The notes: generated by a model from the letters alone, not told the origin. Numbered from the stretch's first letter, positions 10,122 to 20,154 are shown. The stretch: DNA of 64,000 nucleotides from an uncultured Spirochaetota bacterium (GCA_963768055.1 CAVYGN010000002.1:1344001-1408000), one strand, 5' to 3'. Made by a program: numbers and translations.

Positions 10122-10230
10122 GGGCGCATCTAATTACCTACGGATAGGCAGCCCCCATAGGGCGAATATAGTTAGTTTTAAATCAAGCTGTCAGTGCAAG
10201 TTAAATATTCTTGAGCTATTTGAACCGCCC
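10122..10230 (+). mobile_element. GGGC...GCCC MITE-like element, diverged copy
   Basis: GGGCGCATCTAATTACC...GGATAGGCAGCCCCCATAGGGC...GCTATTTGAACCGCCC; 109 bp with the same layout as the copies at 10269 and 63755. Confidence 0.6.
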
Positions 10231-10268
10231 TGATTATCATAACATTATTTCAATGGATTGTAAACTCA

Positions 10269-10379
10269 GGGCACTTCTAAAAAACCGGCTTTTCAAGCCG
10301 GTAAGGTAGTGCCCATAGGGGCAATATTATTAAATTAGAATGTTGATTGTTAATAACATAATTGGTTTTTAGAACGCCC
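10269..10379 (+). mobile_element. GGGC...GCCC MITE-like element
   Basis: Terminal inverted repeats GGGCACTTCTAAAAAACC and GGTTTTTAGAACGCCC, internal hairpin CCGGCTT-TTC-AAGCCGG, flanks CTCA/CTTA; 111 bp. Confidence 0.75.
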
Positions 10380-10380
10380 C

Positions 10381-12090
10381 TTATTCGTAATGGCGGAGAG
10401 CTTCCGATGGGGAAAGCCCTGCCGCCCGCCTTGCCGGGAAATAAGCCGAAATAAACGCTATAATGATAAGTATAAGGATATAAAATAATATTTTGACCGG
10501 CAGTGTGACAAAGTGTATATGGCTGTCCAGAATGAAAATCGAGAAGGCTTCACTTGAAGTGTTGAAATAAATCGAAGAAATAAGTCCCATAGCGATATAA
10601 GCAAAGCATATGCCGAGAATAGAGGCAAAAAAAGTCAGCATTATAGTCTCTCCCAGGAAAAGATTCCTGATCTCTTTTTTTTGCATTCCGATGGATCTCA
10701 TTGTTCCGATTTCCCTGGTTCTTTCCCTGACCGACATCCTGAGAGTGTTGAGTACGCCTACCTGTGTAATGATGAAGAGTATAATGACACTGACCAGGCT
10801 GATAATCTGAGCGATCGAAGCCCATTGCAGGAGGCCGTAATTATCTTCATAAACCGTGGTAAGTATAAGATAAGCGCCGTTTTTAGCGCTTTTTATCAGG
10901 TTATCGTAGAGCCCTTCTATTTCATCCGAACTATGGACCCTGGGCATAAGCGTCCATTCTTTAACAAGGACGGACAGGATAGATGAATTCAGCCATTTAT
11001 TGGTGTCGACGGCCGGCAGATTTTTATAATAAAGGTTCTTGAAATCATTTTCATTTATTAAAACGGCATTACCGAGCGAGGCGTCGGCGGAGGTGAATAT
11101 TCCACCGATTACGAAGGAGAATGTTTTATCAGTTTTATCCATCAGGGGGTAAGAGAAGTTCAGTATCATCCCGGGGGCCAGACGTTTGTTCAAAGCTAAT
11201 TTTTCAGGGATCATAATGCTGTTAGTGCCAACGGTTTTATCCCAATCCCCCCGAAAAGATCCCAGGTTGCTCCTTAAAAACTGCAAATCAGATTCGTTAG
11301 TCGAAAAGCCCAGAATGCTGAAATCGGATACAGCGCCATTAAGCGGAATAAAAGCAGTCGCGGGTTTGAGGGCCTTGTACAGGGCGTCGGCCTGTGTGCG
11401 TGTCGTCTCGAGGTCTTTTAATATAATCCGAAAGCTTGAAGTTTCATTATCGCTGTATCCCATCATACTTTTCAGATCCCTTGTTTTTATATAGACGGAA
11501 TAATTATTCCAGAGTGTCCCCGATGTCCTGTTTATACCTGTTACCCGTAATTTCGCAGTCTGTACCTGCCCGTTTATTGTTTTAAGGCTTACATTAATAG
11601 TGTCGTTCACCCTAACCCTTAATTTTTTTGCATACTGGGCGCTGATGATAACCGCATTATCGATAAGAGAATTTGTAAAATCGTGCGGATCGCCGCTTTC
11701 GAGCCTTAAAGTCCCGAAAAATTCGTTTGAGGGTTCGACGCTTGCAAGATAGATGTCTGCCGCCCTGCCGTTTCCGATAACCCTTGTCCAGAGATCGAAA
11801 CTTTCCTTTATCGTCGTTACGTCATGGAGGTTTTTCCTCAAAAGGGTTATTAGATTTTCCTTGTTGCGTATGACCGGTCCGTTTCTTTCAAGTTTTTCAA
11901 AAATTGTAACCTGAATATGGCCGACCCAGTTTACCAGCATCTTGTTGAGCATAAGATCGGTCATGCCGTCGCCTATCGATCCAGAAAGGATAAGCACCGC
12001 CATCCCGAAAGCGATTATAACGGCGAGAAGGAAATTCCTTCTTTTCTGGCGCAGAAGGTTCCGGAGGATTAAAAGCAGAGTGGTCCTCAT
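10381..12090 (-). CDS. FtsX/LolE/MacB-type ABC permease
   Basis: LRNLLRQKRR N-terminus, a large periplasmic loop, then SVRERTREIGTMRSIG followed by 3 TM helices and PARRAAGLSPSEALR. Confidence 0.88.
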   Translation of the reverse strand: MRTTLLLILRNLLRQKRRNFLLAVIIAFGMAVLILSGSIGDGMTDLMLNKMLVNWVGHIQVTIFEKLERNGPVIRNKENLITLLRKNLHDVTTIKESFDLWTRVIGNGRAADIYLASVEPSNEFFGTLRLESGDPHDFTNSLIDNAVIISAQYAKKLRVRVNDTINVSLKTINGQVQTAKLRVTGINRTSGTLWNNYSVYIKTRDLKSMMGYSDNETSSFRIILKDLETTRTQADALYKALKPATAFIPLNGAVSDFSILGFSTNESDLQFLRSNLGSFRGDWDKTVGTNSIMIPEKLALNKRLAPGMILNFSYPLMDKTDKTFSFVIGGIFTSADASLGNAVLINENDFKNLYYKNLPAVDTNKWLNSSILSVLVKEWTLMPRVHSSDEIEGLYDNLIKSAKNGAYLILTTVYEDNYGLLQWASIAQIISLVSVIILFIITQVGVLNTLRMSVRERTREIGTMRSIGMQKKEIRNLFLGETIMLTFFASILGICFAYIAMGLISSIYFNTSSEAFSIFILDSHIHFVTLPVKILFYILILIIIAFISAYFPARRAAGLSPSEALRHYE

Positions 12091-12100
12091 TAATGTTCTC

Positions 12101-13627
12101 CTATTCTTTTGAGAATGCTTCGAGGGGTTTAACTTTCATGGCCAGCCTCGCCGGCAGAATCACCGAAAGTAATATGAAAAAGAACAGCTCGGCAGTTGAA
12201 ACGATTATTCCGGACAGGCCGATAAAAGGGCAGAAATGATCGGAAGCGAAAAATGTCGGAGCGACTTCCCCTGTGGTGATCGTAATGTTCATTTTCGATA
12301 AGAGATCGACGGCTATTACGCCGAATAGGATTCCGGCACCTCCGAAACAGACTGTCAGGAGAAAGGTTTCGGCGTAAAAAATTTCAGAGATAAGCCCTTT
12401 TCTTGCACCTATTGAGCGCATCATAGCGATCTCGCCTGTCCTTTCGATGACAGACATATTGAGCGTGTTCATGATTACGATTATGACCACGAAAAACATG
12501 AAAAAGACGAAAACCCTTATTATGTCCATGAAAATGCTGGTACCGTCGAAAAGCTGGCCTGAGATCCTCTGCCAGGGAACGGCCCTTGCGTCAAGGCGGG
12601 CGTTGGAAAGAGCCTCATTTAAATTTTTTATCACAATGGCCTGGTCGAACCCTTTTTTCACTTTCAGGGCGATGTAATTGTAAGCGCCGTTGTCCGGGTC
12701 CCGATCGGCTGCGGCGGAGGTTTTTCCCCTCTTGAGGGTTTTTAATATTTCTTTATTATCCGCAGCAATGTCGGGCTTCATCAGGGCAGAGGAGGAGCCG
12801 AACATCGAGTCGAACCCCGCCTCGTTCATATCGAAAATTTTTTTCTTTTCAGCCGATACCTTTGCCGAAGAATCATCGGCCGTGATGTAATTAAAACAAT
12901 CCCTGAAAGATTCTATATCCATGATAGAAAAATAGCCCCAATTGTAGTTATAATCTTTATAACGCAAAATCCCTTTAACATTGACCCTGATATCGTTGCC
13001 TGTATCCTTCGAATAGCCCATAAAAACCAGGTTGGTTTTTATTATAGCTCCTTTAAGGCTGTTAGTAAGGCCTTCGGATGAAACGGGGTTTCCGGCAGGC
13101 CTATCCTGCGGCGAGATCCAGTATCCTGTTTTGTCATAAATATGCTCCCGCCATCTATCTGAAAAAATTATACCTCTGTCGCCCCTTTTTAATTCCTCTC
13201 CTTCGGTTATTATTATATTGGAAGAGAAAATTTTTTGATAATCCTCAAATTTTACACCGATGAGATAACACCATGCCGGATGGTCCTCTTCAAGCACCGT
13301 TGAAGCTCCGATCGCCATCGGCATGAACGCGGCTATGTCATCCCGTTTTTCAAGAAAATCCTTAATATTGGTATAAGAACTGATGATCTCAAGGTTGTTC
13401 AGGTTATCAAAGAACAGGTCCTCCGCCTCCTGGTTGGTCGATAGAAGCGCTATGTCGCCCAGGAAAGAAGCCGCAAGATTTAAATACAGGCCTTTATTCA
13501 TGCCGTTGATAACGCCGTTGCCCATTGTCATGAAAACCGCTGCAAAGAACAGGATCGTTCCGATGATCAGGCTTTTTCCCCTGTGGCGGAAGAGGTTCCG
13601 CCAGGCGAGTTTTATTATAAATAACAA
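12101..13627 (-). CDS. FtsX/LolE/MacB-type ABC permease
   Basis: AWRNLFRH, SVIERTGEIAMMRSIG and PARLAMKVKPLEA motifs, with the same topology as its neighbour. Confidence 0.88.
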   Translation of the reverse strand: MLFIIKLAWRNLFRHRGKSLIIGTILFFAAVFMTMGNGVINGMNKGLYLNLAASFLGDIALLSTNQEAEDLFFDNLNNLEIISSYTNIKDFLEKRDDIAAFMPMAIGASTVLEEDHPAWCYLIGVKFEDYQKIFSSNIIITEGEELKRGDRGIIFSDRWREHIYDKTGYWISPQDRPAGNPVSSEGLTNSLKGAIIKTNLVFMGYSKDTGNDIRVNVKGILRYKDYNYNWGYFSIMDIESFRDCFNYITADDSSAKVSAEKKKIFDMNEAGFDSMFGSSSALMKPDIAADNKEILKTLKRGKTSAAADRDPDNGAYNYIALKVKKGFDQAIVIKNLNEALSNARLDARAVPWQRISGQLFDGTSIFMDIIRVFVFFMFFVVIIVIMNTLNMSVIERTGEIAMMRSIGARKGLISEIFYAETFLLTVCFGGAGILFGVIAVDLLSKMNITITTGEVAPTFFASDHFCPFIGLSGIIVSTAELFFFILLSVILPARLAMKVKPLEAFSKE

Positions 13628-13645
13628 TGTTACCTCCGGGTATAT

Positions 13646-13850
13646 CCACAGAATGCACAGATTAAGCGGATTACGGAATTTTCTGTGAAATCCATATGAA
13701 ATTTTGGAAATATGAACTTTTATCTTCTGCTATTTTTCTCGATTAATTGCATAAATAATAATTTAATCTGATTTCACAGATATTTCAAAAACAAAATCTG
13801 TGATTTCCGTGGATCCTCCAGGACTTAATCTTGGTTCCAATCCGTCCCTG
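13646..13850. repeat. Cluster of CACAGAT/ATCTGTG-type repeats
   Basis: CCACAGAATGCACAGATT, TTCTGTGAAATCC, GATTTCACAGAT, ATCTGTGATTTCCGTG, and TGGTTCCAATCCGTCCC (reverse match to 27144-27162). Confidence 0.6.
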
Positions 13851-15254
13851 TCATTGCGGTTGAAATTCAGAAACGAATTTTCCAAGCTTTGAATAAATGG
13901 AATTCCGGTCATTTTTTTCGGCCGCATCGGCCAATTCAGTCACCATAGATATTATATCCTCACGGCAAAGGGGTATGAAATCCTCCCGGGACAGGAAAAG
14001 CTTTTCATAAGCCGAGGGTTTGAGCTGCTCATGAGAATAACTGAGTTCCTCGTGCATCTTCTCTCCCTTTCTCAAGCCCGAGAAATCGATCGGAAAATTT
14101 TTCTCATTGTAACCGTATATCGATAGCAGGCTCTTCGCAAGATCGAGTATCCGTATAGGCCTGCCCATATCCATGACGAAAATCTTCCCCAGCGGTTCGG
14201 TAGCCGCTTTCAACATAAGCCTCGCCGCTTCCGAAACTGACATGAAATACCTTGTCATATCGGGGTGGGTGACTGTAAGGCGTTCCCCTTTTTCTATTTG
14301 CCTGGTAAATACGGGGATGACACTGCCCCTCGAACCCAGGACATTCCCGAATCTTGTCAGCCTGAAGTTCGTGACGCTCTGCATCCTGTTAAGTGAAAGG
14401 ATTATCTTCTCGGCCGCCCTCTTTGTTGCTCCCATTACCGAAGTCGGGTTTACGGCTTTATCGGTAGAAACGAAGATAAAATCATGAACACCGGCCTGGA
14501 TTGACGCAAGGGCTGTATAATATGTCCCGACAATGTTGGTTTTGACTGCTTCGTCAGGATAGTCTTCCATGAGAGGAAGGTGTTTATGGGCCGCAGCGTG
14601 GAATACTATGTCAGGCCGGTATCGTCCGAATTCAAAGATCAGTTTTTCGATGTCCCTGACGTCGCCGATACAGTAATCGAATCGCTTATCATGGCCGATA
14701 TCGACAATCAGGGAATGTATAGAATTCTCGCCATGCCCGAACGCTACAGCTTTTTTTATAGGAAGTTTGAATAACTGCAGAAATAACTCACGTCCGATAG
14801 ATCCGCCGGCTCCGGTTACAAGCACTGTTTTTCCGTTGTAGAAGGGAAAAATTTTGTCGAAGTCATAACCCACCTCCTCCCTTCCCAGGAGGTCTGACGG
14901 CTGGATCGCCCTTATCTGGCCGTAATTGACCGATCCTTCGATGATCTCGTATATGCCCGGCACAATTTTTATAAGAGCTTCCGCGCCCGATAAATCGGAA
15001 ACGATTTTCTGAATAACGTCTTTTCCGGCAGAAGGGATCGCGATTATCACTTCGTCAATTCCGTTTGAAACAATCGCTTCCCTGGCGCCCGACAATGGAC
15101 CGAAAACCGGCAGCCCCAAGCAGGAAACCAGTTCTTTATTATCATCAAGAAACCCGACAACGGTGTATTTTAGTGAAATATCCTTTTTATTCCTTATTTC
15201 CGACGCGACCATTTGCCCGGCGCTGCCGGCTCCTATAATAAGAACCCTTTTCAT
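13851..15254 (-). CDS. Nucleoside-diphosphate sugar 4,6-dehydratase, CapD/PglF family
   Basis: GAGSAG domain, DLLGR, TGAGGSIG, HAAAHKHLP, STDKAVNPTSVMGATKR and RFGNVLGSRGSV motifs. Start placed at the ATG at 15254 after GAGGACGGAG. Confidence 0.92.
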   Translation of the reverse strand: MKRVLIIGAGSAGQMVASEIRNKKDISLKYTVVGFLDDNKELVSCLGLPVFGPLSGAREAIVSNGIDEVIIAIPSAGKDVIQKIVSDLSGAEALIKIVPGIYEIIEGSVNYGQIRAIQPSDLLGREEVGYDFDKIFPFYNGKTVLVTGAGGSIGRELFLQLFKLPIKKAVAFGHGENSIHSLIVDIGHDKRFDYCIGDVRDIEKLIFEFGRYRPDIVFHAAAHKHLPLMEDYPDEAVKTNIVGTYYTALASIQAGVHDFIFVSTDKAVNPTSVMGATKRAAEKIILSLNRMQSVTNFRLTRFGNVLGSRGSVIPVFTRQIEKGERLTVTHPDMTRYFMSVSEAARLMLKAATEPLGKIFVMDMGRPIRILDLAKSLLSIYGYNEKNFPIDFSGLRKGEKMHEELSYSHEQLKPSAYEKLFLSREDFIPLCREDIISMVTELADAAEKNDRNSIYSKLGKFVSEFQPQ

Positions 15255-15325
15255 AAACTCCGTCCTCAATTTTGTAATTTTAGAGCAGGGAGATTGATTT
15301 ATCAAGATTTCAAGGGGAAATTACA

Positions 15326-15412
15326 GGGGGAGACTGTGGATTGCCCGCGAAGCCACACGATACGAAGGGAGGGGGACGGAAATCACAGGGAGACACGGGG
15401 AGACGGAGAGCG
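15326..15412 (+). repeat. Purine-rich CACAGGGAGACACGG repeat, left boundary of an accessory islet
   Basis: TCACAGGGAGACACGG (15383-15398) matches TCACAGGGAGACGCGG at 27124 at 15 of 16 positions. Confidence 0.55.
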
Positions 15413-15417
15413 GTATT

Positions 15418-15758
15418 GACTATGAACCTCCGTGATAAGCTTGTCAAGATCGGGGTGAAGGTAATAAGTCATGCGCGGTACACGATATTTCAGATGGCTG
15501 AAGCAATACTCGAAAGGATAGAACGGTTCAGGTCTTTGGCTTTGGAAGCAATGTAAGGATTGATTGTAATGAAAAAAACAAGGGGTTACATGTTGTTGAA
15601 TTTTATGAAAGGAATGAATTTTACTGTTTTTCAGCCCAATTCAGGCCTATGAAAGATGGAATTTATGTTGACATGGCAAAATAACTTCTATAAAATATTG
15701 GTAGAAAGCATCGTGAACTGGATTTTTGGAGTTCCAGAATGCTAAATGGGAAATCCCG
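15418..15758 (+). mobile_element. IS1380-family transposase C-terminal remnant with probable right end
   Basis: The peptide LRDKLVKIGVKVISHARYTIFQMAE resembles the C-terminal motif of IS1380-type DDE transposases. ATGGGAAATCCCG at 15746-15758 resembles their right terminus. The N-terminal part is absent. Confidence 0.7.
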
Positions 15759-16054
15759 ATTAAAATGGTTGCCGTGAAGCAGTCTATTGAAAGAATCGAT
15801 ATGGCCGGCAAGTCAATCGAAGTTCAGAAGATAAAGCTGTCATTGAGAGGTTTAATGCCCGCATTCTGGTAAATGAGTTTTTACTATCGTTGTTCGGACG
15901 GCATCAGACCTGTACATAAAGGATAGATAGATTATAGTAATTTTAAGATTGAAGTAGAAGTAATTGAATGAATGGGAGAATAACATATTCCCTGAAAGAT
16001 ATTTCGAACGCTATGCTTTCAAAATTGCTTCAATAATAAAATTGGAGATGCTTT

Positions 16055-16756
16055 ATGAATAATAACAAGATAATACACTGGACTGGAATATTCGGATTGA
16101 TCGGGGGAATCTTACTTCTTCTTGAGATACCGCTCTGGATTATACCCGGAGACCCGGGGCAAATTAGTGATGCTGTAGCGCATGCAAATTATTTAGCAAA
16201 TATTAGAATAATTGCATTAACCCGGATACTTATTGATTTGTTCATGTATATGAGCTGGATGATATTATTTGCCGGTTTGAGGCATTTGATCATTATTACA
16301 AAAAAAGAATGCGAATGGATTGCATCCCTAAGTTTTGGAGCGGGGATAGTCTGGTGGACCATAAGTCTTGTAGCTGATGGATTGGAAGGCGGGGCAATTT
16401 TGCTTACGCTCGGTGGTAATACGGATCCGGCATTAGTTAAATCATTAGTTTATGGAACACTCCTTATTTATAACGGTTCCATTGCTTTTGCGATAACCGG
16501 TTTCTTTATGGGAGTTATAGGATATGCGATTATTACAAAAGGTATATTACCAAAGTGGATGGGATGGTTAAGCTGGATCAGCTTTTTTATGTGTATAATC
16601 GCAATTCCTGCAATGTATAGCGGTTTAGTGGATACTAAAGGTTTTTACAATCCTGCCGGATGGGGCCCGGTAATTATTGCCAATATCCCGCCGCTCATCT
16701 GGGTTTTCGTCGTCAGCATCGGGATGATTCGTAAAAGTTTTAAAGAAGATCTTTAA
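16055..16756 (+). CDS. Integral membrane protein (about 6 TM, DUF4386-like)
   Basis: 233 aa with alternating hydrophobic helices, the motif GILPKWMGWLS and a GGAG RBS. Confidence 0.7.
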   Translation: MNNNKIIHWTGIFGLIGGILLLLEIPLWIIPGDPGQISDAVAHANYLANIRIIALTRILIDLFMYMSWMILFAGLRHLIIITKKECEWIASLSFGAGIVWWTISLVADGLEGGAILLTLGGNTDPALVKSLVYGTLLIYNGSIAFAITGFFMGVIGYAIITKGILPKWMGWLSWISFFMCIIAIPAMYSGLVDTKGFYNPAGWGPVIIANIPPLIWVFVVSIGMIRKSFKEDL

Positions 16757-17034
16757 TTTTTTCAGCCATGATCCGTGCATTTGGGAAATATGATCGGAGG
16801 GGAGATGTAAATGCTGCGTAATTCATTATATATTAATCAGTTATGGAAAAATTTCTTTTGTTCTCGCTAGGACATCGAAATTACATCTGCATTTATCTGA
16901 GTACCCTACGGGCATAAATAATCTGCGGATCCTTTTCATCCATCCCTCCTCGGCATCCTCACCCTTCGGGCCTTTTGCGTACTCAATCCTTTGCTGGCGG
17001 CTCCGCGGTAATCCTCGATACCCCCGAAAGCGGA

Positions 17035-18012
17035 TCAGTCTAAAATCTGTCTTCTTGAAGCGGTACTATCCGATTCGTTCAGGTCGAATCCGATGCGGTT
17101 AAACGGGAAATACCTGAAAACAGGCCTGCCGATTATATTGTCTTCCGGTATGAACCCGAAATACCTGCTGTCGAGGCTGTCGTCCCTGTTGTCGCCCATG
17201 CCGAAATAATAATTCTGTGAGACCTTCCATTCGGAAATCTCCCTGCCGTCCTTATAAAATTTTCCGTTATCGATAACAATATTTGTATCCCCGGATTCTC
17301 TCTGTACCAATAGAAGCAGCAACTCCTGGTAATATGGATTTTGCTTTAAATTTATAATATCTCCTTTTTTAGGAACATAAATCTCGGGAAATTGATTTAC
17401 CAGTGTATTTATAGATAATAATTTTCCGGAAATATGCTGGACCACTCTCTTTATTCCATTGCATGACTCGTTATAAAGATCATAATCTCTAAAATAGTTT
17501 ATTTTATTTCCATTTTCATTATACTGTATTTCCTGAATGGATTTGATGTAATTCTGCCGGAGAATTTCCCCGTTAATTGTAAGGATCATGTTCGTCATGG
17601 AGATATGATCACCCGGCAATCCAACCAGGCGCTTTACAAGGTTTTTAGGGTTTTCAATGTTATTATCGAGAGTAATCGTCGACAGGGTAACAAGGGATAG
17701 AATTTCCTGAAACTTGCCCTGATTCTTCCATTGAGGGCTCTGAAAGGCGAAAATATCGTTTCTATTCGGTTTAAAAATTCCGGGTATCTTTATATCAATT
17801 AAAGGAATCCTCGGTCCCAGTGTTATTTTCTCGACCATCATTATATCCCTTATGAGAAGGCTCGGGATCATGGAACCTGTAGGAATCTGGTATGCTTCAA
17901 GTAAAAACAACCGGATTACAAAGGCTATGGCATAAGCCGATAAAATTACATAAATATTTTCGATAATCTTCTCTTTAAGGGTCAGAGTTTTCTTATCTTT
18001 TTTCCGTTTCAA
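17035..18012 (-). CDS. lepB: Signal peptidase I
   Basis: IPTGSMIPSL (catalytic Ser), LVKRLVGLPGD (catalytic Lys) and GDNRDDSLDSRYFG. TTG start after AGGAGAGG. Confidence 0.93.
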   Translation of the reverse strand: MKRKKDKKTLTLKEKIIENIYVILSAYAIAFVIRLFLLEAYQIPTGSMIPSLLIRDIMMVEKITLGPRIPLIDIKIPGIFKPNRNDIFAFQSPQWKNQGKFQEILSLVTLSTITLDNNIENPKNLVKRLVGLPGDHISMTNMILTINGEILRQNYIKSIQEIQYNENGNKINYFRDYDLYNESCNGIKRVVQHISGKLLSINTLVNQFPEIYVPKKGDIINLKQNPYYQELLLLLVQRESGDTNIVIDNGKFYKDGREISEWKVSQNYYFGMGDNRDDSLDSRYFGFIPEDNIIGRPVFRYFPFNRIGFDLNESDSTASRRQILD

Positions 18013-18056
18013 TTGCCTCTCCTTTAAATTTTATACTTTATTACATAGCCGGGCTT

Positions 18057-20009
18057 TTAGCGGTCGCTGCCTTTTAGATAAATCTGCAGTGTTTGAAGAG
18101 CGGCCGGGGTTACACCGGATATGCGTGAAGCCTGCCCGAGACTTGCGGGTTTGACGAGGGTAAGCTTTTCTATTTGTTCATTTTTCAGGCTCAGAACGCT
18201 TTTATAATCAAAATCCTCGGGTATTTTTATTTTTTCCATATCTTCGAAACGCAAGACCATCTGCCTTTCCTCACGCATATACCCTTCGTATTTTATTTCT
18301 ATTTCGACCTGTTCAATTTCATCAGGAGATAAAACGTGCGGGGGGGTGTAAAAGGGGGCAAGTTTCTCATAAGTTACATCGGGGCGGCGGAGAAGTTCAG
18401 CAAGAGTAACCGATTTAGCTATCTGGAAACTTCCTGTTTTTTTAAGGATTTTCATGGTTTTACCGGAAGGGTTTATCCTTATGCCGCTGAGCCTGTCGAT
18501 CTCCTCATCGATTTTTTTATATTTTCTTTCTACCCGGCTGTAAAGATCTCCTGGGAGTAAACCAAGCTCATAACCCTTTTTCGATAACCTTCTGTCTGCA
18601 TTGTCCTCTCTCAAGATCAGCCTGTATTCCGCCCTTGAAGTGAACATCCTGTAAGGTTCTGTCGTCCCTTTGGCGGTAAGGTCGTCGATCAAAACTCCGA
18701 TATATCCGTCGGACCTTCTCAGGACAAAATCCTCCTTTTCCGCGGCACTGTTCGCCGCATTTATGCCCGCGATTAGCCCCTGTGCCCCTGCCTCCTCGTA
18801 TCCGGTAGTTCCATTGATCTGTCCGGCAAAATATAAATTTTTTACAAGTTTCGTCTCCAGTGTCGGCTTGAGTTCGGTAGGGTCGACATAATCATGCTCC
18901 ACGGCGTATGCAGGGCGCATCATCAAAGCCTTTTCAAGGCCCGGTACGCTGTGGATTATATCCGCCTGGATATCTAGCGGGAAGCCGTTAGAAAGGCCGT
19001 TAGGATAATATTCAACTGTATCCCTGCCTTCGGGTTCTATGAACACATGGTGGCTTTTTCTATCGGGAAATTTCATCACTTTGTCCTCGACAGAGGGGCA
19101 GTAACGTACGCCGGTAGCCTTGATCCTGCCTGAATACATTGGTGCCTGATTGATATTAGCCCGGATAATGGCATGAGTTTGTTCGGTTGTATGCGTCAGG
19201 AAGCAGGGGAGCTGGGTCTGCTGAAAAAATTTATCCGACTTTTCAGTCCAGAATGAAAACGGCTTTATGGGAATATCGCCCGGCTGTTCTTCCATCCTGG
19301 CGAAATCGATAGTCCTACCGTCAAGCCGTGCAGGCGTTCCGGTCTTGAAGCGCCCGGTCCTGAAGCCGTATTCCTTCAATTTTATCGAGATCGGGATGGC
19401 GGGGCCTTCTCCAAGCCGTCCTGCTGGAAAACATCGGGAGCCGATATGAATGATCCCGTTCAAAAAGGTTCCGGGTGTTATGACAACGGTTTTCGAAAAA
19501 TAGCTTATACCCAGGGCGGTTATGACTCCCGACGCCAGGCCGCCGGATATTATAATATCGTCGACATTGTCCTGCCTGACTTCCAGGTTTTTCTGGTTCA
19601 GGACAGTTTTCTGCATATATGACCTGTAAAGGGGTTTATCGCACTGGACCCTTGTAGATCTGACAGCGGGGCCCTTCCTCATATTGAGGGTCCTGAATTG
19701 AACCATGGTGGCGTCCGCAGCTCGGCCCATTTCTCCCCCTAGCGCGTCTATCTCCTTAACAAGCTGGCCCTTGCCTATTCCGCCGATAGATGGGTTGCAG
19801 GGCATCTGGCCTATCAAGTCGATGTTCGGGGTAACAAGGAGCGTCCTGGCCCCCATTCTTGCGGCTGCAAGAGAGGCCTCGATCCCGGCATGGCCTCCTC
19901 CCGCGACTATCACGTCGAATTTTACCGGGTAATGAGCATTATGCGAATTATGAGCATTATGCGAATTATGAGCATTATGCGAATTATGAGCATTATGCGA
20001 ATTATCCAA
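18057..20009 (-). CDS. mnmG: tRNA uridine-5-carboxymethylaminomethyl modification enzyme MnmG/GidA
   Basis: [45 protein letters not shown] and [12 protein letters not shown] motifs. The start is probably the TTG at 20009 (6 nt from GGAGG), otherwise the ATG at 20015. Confidence 0.96.
   Translation of the reverse strand: MDNSHNAHNSHNAHNSHNAHNSHNAHYPVKFDVIVAGGGHAGIEASLAAARMGARTLLVTPNIDLIGQMPCNPSIGGIGKGQLVKEIDALGGEMGRAADATMVQFRTLNMRKGPAVRSTRVQCDKPLYRSYMQKTVLNQKNLEVRQDNVDDIIISGGLASGVITALGISYFSKTVVITPGTFLNGIIHIGSRCFPAGRLGEGPAIPISIKLKEYGFRTGRFKTGTPARLDGRTIDFARMEEQPGDIPIKPFSFWTEKSDKFFQQTQLPCFLTHTTEQTHAIIRANINQAPMYSGRIKATGVRYCPSVEDKVMKFPDRKSHHVFIEPEGRDTVEYYPNGLSNGFPLDIQADIIHSVPGLEKALMMRPAYAVEHDYVDPTELKPTLETKLVKNLYFAGQINGTTGYEEAGAQGLIAGINAANSAAEKEDFVLRRSDGYIGVLIDDLTAKGTTEPYRMFTSRAEYRLILREDNADRRLSKKGYELGLLPGDLYSRVERKYKKIDEEIDRLSGIRINPSGKTMKILKKTGSFQIAKSVTLAELLRRPDVTYEKLAPFYTPPHVLSPDEIEQVEIEIKYEGYMREERQMVLRFEDMEKIKIPEDFDYKSVLSLKNEQIEKLTLVKPASLGQASRISGVTPAALQTLQIYLKGSDR
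19932..20003. repeat. Perfect tandem repeat, 4 x 18 bp (ATGAGCATTATGCGAATT), inside the 5' end of mnmG
   Basis: Read directly from the sequence; it encodes (NSHNAH)x4 on the minus strand. Confidence 0.97.
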
Positions 20010-20154
20010 ATGCATCCTCCATTATAGCAATACATGGGTTTTCCCTAATATTGAATTATAGCAGAGATTGGGACTTACCGCAAAAGGAGCCGAGTTTTGC
20101 CATAAAATGAAATAAAACTTAAAATGTATCATGCATTGAAAATTGGGGGGTGAT

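Noticed and set aside
10122..10379. GGGC repeat module as a known riboswitch or hammerhead ribozyme
   Set aside because: It lacks the CUGAUGA/GAAA core and any riboswitch consensus I recognise, and it occurs in both orientations relative to neighbouring genes.
19859..20110. ORF with (EHYANY)n repeats, and the tandem repeat as a possible CRISPR array
   Set aside because: The ORF is the opposite-strand reading of the mnmG repeat. The units are contiguous with no spacers, and no cas genes are present.
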